A DNA stretch of 64,000 nt from Paramecium tetraurelia (taxonomy: Eukaryota), in NCBI GenBank assembly GCA_000165425.1, contig CT868563.1, forward strand, positions 1-64,000, in the 5' to 3' direction. Of this stretch, positions 53,639 through 64,000 are shown piece by piece; the first letter of the stretch is position 1, and each line of letters begins with the position of its first letter. Below the pieces are notes generated by a model that was given only the letters and a program-made list of their open reading frames with translations, ran no database searches and had not been told where the DNA came from. The translations under genes were made by a program, and so were the position numbers.

Positions 53639-55287
53639 ATGTTTCAACCCAATCAAAGTTAAATTAAGTACCACAATTAATTTGGTGCCACATCTGCTGT
53701 GTATTTCTCACAACAACAAACATCAAGAGACAAAGTATAAAATTGCCAAACATCATGTAGACATTATAGACAAGGGATGCTTCAGAAAATAAACAAATGC
53801 TTTAATACCCAGCTTCTCAAATAGTCTACGGCCCATCAATGAAATTCAATTCACCAGTGCATAGCAACATTGCATTTCGTAAAACATCTAAAGAATTGAA
53901 CATTACTATAGAAGATCCTTAGGTGTGTTAATAAATACGCTAGCCATCTCCGAACGTCAAAAAGCAAAGGGAATAAATGGAAAAGGATTGGAATAAATTA
54001 ATTGACAAATCTAAGACTCTCTAAGAAAACTTAGTATTGCTGAAAAACAATATCAGTATGAACTTAAACAAAAAGTAACCTGAACAACGCTCAACTAAAG
54101 AGTCAACCTCTACAACTGCTGGTTTATCATCCAGGATGAAATTACAGAAAGTAAATGTCACTTGTAAACTGAATTCTCCATTCAAGGCTCAACCTAAATT
54201 AGAAGCTTGTAAGAGTTTGAGCCAAAATGCATTTGGTAATCTCAAATTTGGTTCAAATGCTCTTAAAAACCCAACAATAATAAACAACACAAGTTCTATT
54301 AATTACGTGAGTATGAACAATAATTATGCTAAAAAGCTATTAGATGAACTTCAATCAAAAAAAGCTAACTCTCAAAGTCAAATCCAAAAATAAACCAACC
54401 CACTCTATATCTAAATAGAAAATAAATTGAAATTAAAAATAAGTTCATTTTTAGGAAGAGGAAAATTTAGTGATGTTCACATGGCAATAGATAATAGAAC
54501 TGGTCTGATTTTTGCATTGAAAATTATAAAAAAATAAACAGTTATTGATCATGAAATGCAGTAATAATTAGCAAGAGAAATTACTATCCAATCTAAATTA
54601 TCACATCCTAATATAGTCAAAATGTTTGGATAGAGTTATGATTAACAATACATTTACATGATGTTAGAATTTTGCAATAATGGCGAATTATTCCAACATC
54701 AATATAAACAACCTAATAAAAGATTCAGTGAGAAGGAAGCCAGTAATTTTATAATGTAAATTCTGTCAGCTATTTAATATATGCACAATTAGGGATTTAT
54801 GCATAGAGATTTAAAAACAGAAAATATTTTATTGTCTCTAGTACTTATTTATAACAAACATTTAGAATTACATTAAACTGTGTGATTTGGGTTGTGTTCG
54901 AGAAATACCTAAGTATGAAGATAGAAGAAATACCTTCTGTGGAACCGTAGATTACATTGCCCCAGAAGTCATAAAAGATGAAGGCTACGATGAAAGATGT
55001 GATGCTTGGTAAATTGCTATTCTAGCTTACGAACTGGTAGCTGGAAACACTCCATTTTCAGAATTTCCAAGAGATGATGATACTATTATGGAAAATATAT
55101 TAAAAGTATTGTTATTTTCTTATATTAGAATAAATTTGACCTCCCTAATTTCTTTTCTCCAGCTTTGAAAGATTTTGTAATAAGAGGATTACAGTAGAGT
55201 CCAGATCATAGAATATCTATAGACTAAATGTTACTACATAAGTGGATTGTTGACAATATTAAGACAGATAGAGAATACGCATTTTGA
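53639..55287 (+). CDS. Aurora-like Ser/Thr kinase with long N-terminal extension
   Basis: LGRGKFSDV, FALKIIKK, QLAREITIQSKLSHPNI, HRDLKTENILL, CDLG, RRNTFCGTVDYIAPEV; 3 tiny introns. Confidence 0.9.
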
Positions 55288-55478
55288 TCAAGTTTTGTGA
55301 TCAAAAGCTATAGAATGATCTCATATGTATATCTAATCTAATGTGATTAATTTTTTTGGTTCTTGCATTCTTTTATATTGACTTTGCGTCTGATTAATTA
55401 ATTGATTTCAAAATAATCCAAAATCGTAGAAAAATTTAGTAAAGTATTTGTGATATTTAGTCATATAATAATCATTAC

Positions 55479-55721
55479 TCAGCTTATTTCACAACATTTT
55501 GATTGATCTTTTCTAGCATCATTATAATTATGATGTTTCCAACAGTCAACAAGATATGTCTGATGAACAGCAGTTCCTGCAACTACATCATCAATAAATG
55601 TAATTGAATGCAACTTAAATCCTCTCAAGATTGGATGACCATATCTATCAATTCTAAATCTCAAACTTAACTTTTTTGTGCTTAATCTTGTTTATGATAT
55701 ACTGGGAATTTCCACTTACAT
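55479..55721 (-). CDS. 80-aa protein with C-terminal CC motif
   Basis: MQVEIPS...RIDRYGHPILRGFKLHSITFIDD...VDCWKHHNYND...KCCEIS*. Confidence 0.7.
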
Positions 55722-55821
55722 TATTATATATAAAAATTTAAATTATAATCATCAACATCAAGTACCCAAATAATTAATTAGTTATAATGAATATATTAAT
55801 AAATGATGTGCAAAGTATAGT

Positions 55822-57787
55822 TCATTCAAATTTTTCTAATTCTTTTTGATGTTTATTATCTAATAATGCTAGTCGATCTTATGTTTGAGCTCTTTCAAAT
55901 TCTAATATTTTTTCAAGTCGCATTCTTTCGATTGGATCATCAACTTGCTTTAATAATTTTTATCTATCAAGTTCTTTATTATCTTCTTCTTACAAAAGCT
56001 AAATTTAATTTATTTAAATAGTTACATTTAACAATTCATGATTTTATTTAATTTTTAATTCTTATATTTGTTTCTCTTTAGTCACAATATCAAAGGGAGC
56101 CATAACAATAGGTTTATTTTTATGTTACTAATCATTTTATCCTTTATTTTTAGAAGGGGCACTTTCAGGTCTTTTCCTTTGTTATACACCTGGGTGATTA
56201 GGTTCTTATTGTTATTGCTCTTTTAATAGTTCCGCCAAATCTTTCTTAAGCTTTTCTTTTTCCATAATTTGAGCTTTTTTGTACTATTACTTTTGTTTCT
56301 CATATGCTATTTTTTCTTTAATTAATTGGTCTCTTCTTTAAGATTTCTCCTCAACTTTCTTTTTCAATTACGCTCTTTCAAAGTCTCTCATTCTCATCAT
56401 TCTTTCCTAAGCTTCTTCTTATTCTTGTTTTTTTAGCTATTCTTTAAGATGTTTTTCTTTAATCATCTCATCTCTTTCTTTCAATACTTTGAGTGCTTAT
56501 AGTTCTTTTGCTTCTCTTTCCATACTAATCTTTTCACACTTTTTTTCTAATTCCTATTCATTTTTTATTAATAGCTAAAATTATTTTACTCAGTATTACT
56601 TATTATCTATAGTGTTCTCTCTCCTCTTAAAGTTATCTCTTTTAATGTAATGTTAATTCTCTATCCATTTCATTAATTCTAAATCTATCTTCAATTGCTT
56701 TGAATTTGATAATCAAATCCCCTTTCCTTTTATCTTGCTATTCTATATTCTTTTTTTACATTTCTTCTCTTTTTAATTTTTGGAAATCTCGTTTCATATC
56801 CAATTCCTTATTCAATTGTTCAATCTCCTTTTATTTAGCTATCAATTTTTCTTCAGCAACCAATTGTTTTTATTAAAAGTTCAAATAAACTTGATTTTAC
56901 TAATGCTAAACCCTTCTTTTATTTTCATCCCTTCTATAATTTGCTTCCTCCTATTTTTCTTAAATCAATTGTTATCTAAGTTCTTTCTCTTCTTCTAATA
57001 AGACTTGACGTCTAGCTTCTCTTTATTCCATTTTTAATAGTTTTGCTTCATACAATTATTCAAGCATTTATTGATGCACTCTCTCCTTTTCTTCTCTCTC
57101 TAACTACGCTTTCTTTAGTTATTTATCCCTTTTATTCTTTTACTTCTTGAGTTCTTTCTCTTATAAGATTCTCTGCAATGGTGTTGTTTAATGACTGGTT
57201 TCATATTTCAATCTATCTTATTCTGCAAATTATTTCTATTTTCTTTGATTTTCTTGATACTCTATTTATTATTTCTTAAATTATTGATCAATCTTTTTAT
57301 CCTTCCTTCTTTGTTCCATTTCATACCGTTACTCTTCTTGTCTCTCTTTCAAATCCAAATCTTTTTTAAGTATTTGTTGCTACAATTCTTAAGTTTTCAT
57401 TTCCTAATTCAAGGCCTTTTGTATTTATTTCTATCTTCTATTTTTATTCATCTCCATTCTCTTTCTTTCTTTTTCTTCATCACTCATCTCAAACTTTTCA
57501 TCCTCATATTCATCCTTCTATTGTTAAATAATCTCTTCTCTCTCTGCTATTACTACTGAAACTCTGGCTTATCTTTTATCTTCTTCATGCTAAAGGAATA
57601 TTTTCCAACCTTGCTCATCCAAATTTAAATTTTTTTCTCTTTTCAATTCTTTTAAGCCTTTCTTAACCAGTTATTCAGGCCTAATTCCTTACCTTCTACA
57701 AGCCTCAATTGATCTTGGGGAGTCGATTATAGGATCTCTGACTTAAGTCTAATCAAAATTTAATAGAGAAATTGGAGTGCTATGCAT
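55822..57787 (-). CDS. Coiled-coil protein, CCDC177-like N-terminus
   Basis: ISLLNFD...IDSPRSIEACRRQGIRPEQLV followed by E/K/R/Q-rich coiled coil. Confidence 0.7.
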
Positions 57788-58116
57788 AAGTTAAAATTTA
57801 TTAATTAAAACATTTATTAATTTACAAAATTATACTTAGTGTGTATTCATATTTCCATGTTATTACTTCACAGATTATGAAAATAGTTCATATATGAATT
57901 ATTGACATAATAATTTCTAGTATTAATATAAATTAGGTTGCACATAGAAGATAATTGACTTTAGAGTGAGAATCAATTATATAACCATAGCAGTATTTAT
58001 AAAATTTATGATTATATTCTCTTAAAACATATATATATATAATTAATTTTACCATAATTAGATTTCTTCATTTAATGAACAATCAAGCACAATCTCAAAT
58101 TTGATTAAAAATTTTA

Positions 58117-58687
58117 ATGAGAAATAAATAAACCCGCCCGTTATTTATACCTAAGCCAGAAAACGGGGATTTTCCTTTTGACATCAAAAACGCGAATACT
58201 CAAGATATAAAAGCCATAGACTTCTATAGAATGTACAATTCAATGCAAATGTTTATAGAGTAATTAATACCAGATCAGGTAAAATACATTTTTATTAAAA
58301 CAGACTCTCCAACAAAAAGTACAAACTAATGTTGATGCCATTTACAGGGTCTTTATTGAAAAAGACTTAAATCCTCCTCCGCCTCAAAAACTAGTGGGGA
58401 GAAGAAGTTCTCCTTATACATATTAAAAACAAGAGTTTTGGCAATTGGTTGAGCACTTAAATTCTCTAGGCTTCTCTTATCGTCAAATATCAGAGAGATT
58501 GCAAGTGCATTATGTTTAAATTTCAACGCATCATCGAAGCACAGTTGATTACGATGACGAAGATTCTGAATAGGAGTCAGTCTCTGTAAAGAAAGTAAGC
58601 AAAGAATAAGTTAAATAACATTTGGTTGTTCAAAAATAATAACAACATGACGTTTTTTATTCAGATGATGAAAAAGGACAGAAATGA
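58117..58687 (+). CDS. Small protein with helix-turn-helix motif
   Basis: FWQLVEHLNSLGFSYRQISERLQVHYVQISTH; one 25-nt intron. Confidence 0.7.
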
Positions 58688-58851
58688 AATTCATACATTA
58701 ATCGATGCTTTTTCCTTTTATATTCAAAATGTCTTTATTCTTAACAATTGCACTCGACTTTGTTATAAATATCTTAACAAGGAACATCTAATTTAAACAG
58801 AATAGAATGTGAATTGTAAAATTATGGAATAATTAATTTCAAATTTGTTAG

Positions 58852-60531
58852 TCACTTCTTCAAAACCTTCCCTTTTACTTCCTCTCTCAATTAATTCAAT
58901 AGATTATCTTCTTCTTGTTCCTCTTATTCTTCATCTTTGCTCGGCAATTCATTAAAAATTTCATCATCATTAGGTAAAACCGAATAATCTTAAGAGTTAT
59001 TTGAATGCAAATGAGAATTCTATTGTTTTGGTTTGATCCTGACATTTCTTTTTAAAAATTCCTAGTCATTCAATTCTAAGACAGAACTGAATATAGATTT
59101 ATTTAGTAATTCTTATTATTACTATACAATAAAATCTTAAATTTACAGTTTATGATAAATTAAGTAATTTTTCCTTGATAGCATCAATAATGCCTTGAAA
59201 CCCTTTATCTTTGCGTTATGCTAACTTCTTCAAGTTTCTAGCAATCCAAGTATTCAATTTATTTTGAAGCAGTCCTGAAATTGTTGCTTTTTCTTCTACT
59301 TCTATGACCATTTTATCTTAATCAGTTTGTTCATTTCTTTGTTTATTGTTTTCAACTGAGAATTCTTTGTCCAAGTCGTTGTATTCTTGTTTTAAATGAG
59401 TAAAATTGTTTCTTAAGTCTTAATTTTCCTATTTTAAATTATTTATTTTCTTTTCATAATCTGATATAGATATCAGTAAATGAGAGTATGTTTATTCTCT
59501 GCCGATAAATTTCTAAACAATTTCATTGGCATCTGAAATGCCTGTTGAAGCCTTTATTTTTTAGAAGGCTATTTCTAAATGATGATATTAAGCTATTCCT
59601 CTTTGCATTTTACTTTTCAGGAATGAATTCAAGAATTTGTGAACTAATAATAACTTTCTCCATTTTTTTAATGCTCCATCTCTAATATCATTAGCAGCAA
59701 CCTCTGCAATCTCTTGTTGTCTTTTAATTCTCTCATCTCTTTTGTGTTCAACATCTTATTTTTATTTTAGTTCATTTTTGAATCTAGAAATATTTTTTTC
59801 CCTATTTCTATTTTATTGTTTAATTCCATCAGCCACTTCTTTCAGGGCCAACATTGTTTTTTAATGCAAAACCTAAATTTCTAAAGCTCTATAAATGTAT
59901 ATATGTTCTAATACTTTTAACTCGATGATTAACATGCTAAAAATGCTTATCTAAGATGTCTTTCATATTGATTTGCTCTTAATTAATAATTTACTTAATC
60001 TGTTTTCATTCTTGTCAACATGTGTTCAAAAATCTTCTTATCATAATTGCTTTGACTTAATAATTTTTATTATTCTTATAATTTAGATGAGTAATCATTT
60101 TCTTATCTCTCTAATTCCTTTTATCTTTGATTATACTATTCAATTTGATAACTCATTTGATCTATATCCTTTCTCATTTTATCAATATCTTTGTCTTTAT
60201 TGTTTCCAGACATTTTCATGTAATCGCAACTTTTTTTTAATTCTGTCAAATTAGCATGCACTTCTTAAGCTTCATCAACTTTCTATTGAGAATATATTCA
60301 ATAAGAGCTACTTTTTGATCTTCCAATTGTTTAGGATAATAGTCGCTGTCTTAGCCTAAAACTGAGCACAGACTATTATGTTTAATCAATTTGTCAACAG
60401 ATTTGAGGACAGCTGAGTTACGATATTTCTCGAAATCGCTCTTTTTAGATCTGGTACGAGATTTGTGTGAATAGAGTCTAATCTTATTAATAATTGTAAG
60501 TAATTACATCTGGAAGTTCCACTACGGACAT
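58852..60531 (-). CDS. Coiled-coil protein, outer dynein arm docking complex (CCDC151/ODA-DC)-like
   Basis: LEIAFQKIKASTGISDANEIVQKFIGREQTYSHLL; several tiny introns. Confidence 0.65.
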
Positions 60532-60672
60532 TATTGATAATAAATAAAATATATTTCATTGTATATATTAAAAATAATTATATAATTATTGAACTATAAT
60601 GTGATAAGAAACAACTAGTCAAATAGAATAGAGAAGTTTTGTGTAATATTAATAGATAATTTGCTAATTATG

Positions 60673-61454
60673 TCAATCATGAAGTACAGCCTTGGATTTC
60701 AAATAAATTTCATTTAGAACTTGCTCTTTTTATAGTTGAATATGTTGTACAAATTGAGCAAGTTCTGAATCTATTTCAAAAGTCTTTAAGTAATTCAACA
60801 TTTCCTGTTATATCTTTGTTTATTATCAAATATTGTACAGATTCATCGATGAGATGATTGCTTCCATTATAATCTTCCAATCCTCTACATTCTCTAGATA
60901 TTTGTTTATGTTCTTCGATGTCATCAATAATCGAAATCATTTCAATTGTTATCTACTTTTACCATATTGTTTTACCTTCCCATTGAGGGCCAGACATTCA
61001 TAACACGAGATGATTCCATTTCCTTTGGTCAGATAAATACTAAATGGAGATGAGGTTCTTTATAAAGAACTAAGGGAGATTTCTGAAGAACCTTGAATTT
61101 GGACTATTTAACTATCAATAATGTCTGTCTCGATTGATTATTATCTGTTTTAGAAATCAATACAAATTAAAATTTAAACATTTTCTACATTTTTACTTAG
61201 TTCTATTCTTAATTGGTCTTCAAAATCTTTGAATTTGAAACCATTCCATCTCAGTTATTCACATAATTAGGGATTATTGTTTATTGTAACGGTTTCAAAC
61301 AAATTTTCCTTTTCTTTAAGTTAAAGTAGCTGATCTTTAAATAAACATTCCTTATACTTATTTCAATTAATGATTGTGGAAGACTGATTTGAGATCCAGG
61401 AAGGTTCAAGGGAAACAAGGTTCTTGCAATTCTCAAGGGCATTTTTGTAATCAT
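60673..61454 (-). CDS. Mitochondrial acidic matrix protein MAM33/p32-like
   Basis: Presequence-like MPLRIARTLF; PFSIYLTKGNG...YECLALNGK...YNG...DESIQQEMLNYLKTFEIDSELAQFVQHIQLQKEQ; 3 tiny introns. Confidence 0.6.
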
Positions 61455-61504
61455 AGATGTTTTGAATGTGTATTTAATGAAATTATAATTAAAATAAAGT
61501 TCAT

Positions 61505-62226
61505 ATGGGAGTGGCAGTATGTAAATAAGAGAATCAATCAACTGGAGAAGAAGTCATTTAGGATTATGTTTAGCCTTATCCAATGGCTTCTGCGAATTGC
61601 TAAGCTTCCAAATTGGATGGTTCCAATCTTACACATCCAAGTTTAAAAAAGAAAACTATCGCTTAGGTGACAGGGAAGTTACCAGACGACCCCATAAGTA
61701 TGATGAATTCAATAGTATATTTCCTAGATTTGAGCGAAAATTAATCAAGTCTTCTCTTAGAGGAAAAATAAGAACCTACAACTCCTGCACTTCCAACTTA
61801 GTAAATAATACATAACAATTAGCGATATTATCTAATAGAATGGAGATATGCCGAACTTCCAGAACATTTAATTGTTTACGAAGGAAGTATTTTAATCGGT
61901 AAAGCTGAATTCATCATAAAGATTAGTTTCTTCTCAACATGATAAAATCCTTCAATGTATCTATAAATAATGAGATTTAGATTAGAGTTCTAAGAATAAT
62001 AATCGCAATATTCAAAAGTGTGCAACGATGACAACAAATAAAATCTATTAAAAATAAATGTAGTTGAGGATAATGTAATGATTTCAATTTATCCTAGCTT
62101 GACGACTACATTTTTTTTGATTGGAAGAACACAAACTTTTAGTTAACTAGCATCAATGAATAAAATTTATTGAAGAAAGCAAGTTCTATTAGACCTACAT
62201 CGAAACAAGTCAAAAAAAACTATTGA
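61505..62226 (+). CDS. Hypothetical protein, possible N-myristoylation (MGVAVCK)
   Basis: Open code-6 frame with about 3-4 tiny introns; internal structure uncertain. Confidence 0.55.
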
Positions 62227-62818
62227 TCTTCATAGAATATTTATACAGTTTAACTAAAACATTAATATCACACCCCATCATTTTGAAATAGAGTAATTAA
62301 ATTCACAATTTCTTTTTTATTTGATGATAGTTTTTGAGGTTTTTAAAAATTTCAACTTATTATCTCAAAACATTAAAAATACTTTTGATATCTAAAATTC
62401 TAGGCATTATGGATGGCTAAGATTTCATTACCAGAATATTAAAATTAATTATGTTAAATTCTTCAATTTAAAAATCTAAAAATTTCCATTAATTTTTACC
62501 AAAATAGTTTTAAAAAATGGTGTGTAATTTCCTTTTACTTTTCAAAATCAAAGTGTCTTAATTATGGTTTTCTCCCTCAAAAGATAATATGAATCATTTA
62601 TTATAATTTTATTAATTTAAACCAACTAAGATTCTAAAGAGTTAAATTAAAACTGTAAATAAAGATATATTTTCAATTTAAATTTTAATATAGACTATTT
62701 TTAAAGTAATCAGTAGAAGTAATTTACATTGAATGATCCTCAGAAAAGGAATAAATTAAACTTAATACTAATTTTATAATAAATTTAAGGTTCAATTTGT
62801 TAATTATATATTTATCAG

Positions 62819-64000
62819 ATGAATAAATATGGCACTCGATTTAAAGATCGACTTTTAGAAAAATAATATTTAATCCATAAAGTTAAGGTTATATAGTTTC
62901 CTGTACTAACATATTTGACTATTGGCGGCTGTATATTATTACTTGCAAATACAATTGTGAATCTGGTAGATGTCAATTACACAAATGCATTAATTACAGG
63001 AGGCGTTATGACATATTTATTATTCCAATATATGGTTTTGAGAAAATATGAAGCACTTAAATTGAGCTATTGCAATTTGGCATTAATGATGACAAATTTC
63101 GCTTCATTGGTTTTTGAAATCATAATCTATCCATCCTATGATTATTACGATGGTTATTTACTTGGATCTAATCAAATGCTGGTGCATACAATTCTGATGT
63201 TTGCTTGTAATTTGGAATTAGGTATCTTTAGCAATATGGTATTAACAATTGTAAGAGTTGTCATAGTTGTTGAAGATTCGGACAACCTTTCTGCCTAATA
63301 ATACTTTTATTCCATTATTGTGACATTGAGTTTCATGGTCATTTAATATCAAATTGAAAAACAATATCGACAATCATTTCTTCTACAATTCAAAGACAAC
63401 AGTTGGGGTATTAATAATTATAAATAATCAAATAGAGATCCTAGTTCCACTACTGCTGAAAAAGCCATTTTTCATTTTCACTTTCAATCGTGATACTTAT
63501 ATGTATGAAACCATAATGAGTTCCTAAAAGGAATTCTTTAACTCCGAAAAACCTCTTAGTACTTTCTTGTTTAAATCAAGAGTAAAATAGCAGACGCTCG
63601 AGCAATATTTAATTAAAAAAACTATTACAACGGAACATAAGAAGTAATCCTCATGTTTATTTAACAATCAGATGGATATTGAATATTAGATGAAGAAACT
63701 GAAGGTTTCTATAGTGTGTTGTAAGTTTGAACAGTTGATTTACACTATTACTATAGACTCAGAAGATCCACTCATAAATCAAACCAATATTAAATTAAAC
63801 TAAGCTTTATAAAATTGTAGAACCTTACTTAATACTTAGATTTTGCAAATCAATAAAGTTCTAGGTGTTTATTTATAAGATACCTTTAGCCCTTTACTAA
63901 GGGATCTTAGAATATCCCTTTATGAAGTATATTATAAATAATTATCAAATCAAAAATTATAATTAGTAAAAATGAAAAAATTATTACTCAAATGTTCAAA
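62819..64000 (+). CDS. Multi-pass transmembrane protein, 5' part (runs off window end)
   Basis: MNKYGTRFKDRLLEKQY... then about 6 hydrophobic helices (overlaps ORF 62915-63298) and a cytosolic region after a tiny intron. Confidence 0.7.

Noticed and set aside
56780..57559. Hydrophobic F/L-rich plus-strand ORFs that look like membrane proteins (likewise the minus-strand ORF at 48548-48793)
   Set aside because: Antisense shadows of E/K/Q-rich coiled-coil genes on the other strand.

Overview
AT-rich, gene-dense ciliate macronuclear DNA, most likely Paramecium. TAA/TAG read as Gln and TGA is the only stop. Introns are 20-30 nt GT..AG, and a (C3A3)n telomeric tract is present. The supplied ORF track uses the standard code, so it gives only fragments and antisense shadows; I re-translated by hand with code 6, and exon boundaries are manual. 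About 35 protein genes are supported, including SYF1, PRP46/PLRG1, NDUFS8, a PHO84-type transporter, a DnaJ protein, a Mei2-like RRM protein, cyclin H-like, two kinases, membralin-like, MAM33-like and LRR/TPR/coiled-coil proteins. There is also one solitary 5S rRNA gene, a FAHD1 pseudogene and two tracts of decayed gene-like sequence. Most interesting: (1) a giant intronless, probably NLR-type gene starting LRGG|GCGTSK, a ubiquitin-like cleavage site hiding a myristoylation/palmitoylation signal; (2) a telomere added inside that gene; (3) an F-box protein carrying a stand-alone dynein microtubule-binding domain; (4) a TPR gene built from exact 102-nt phase-1 exons; (5) an SP-RING plus Kelch fusion.
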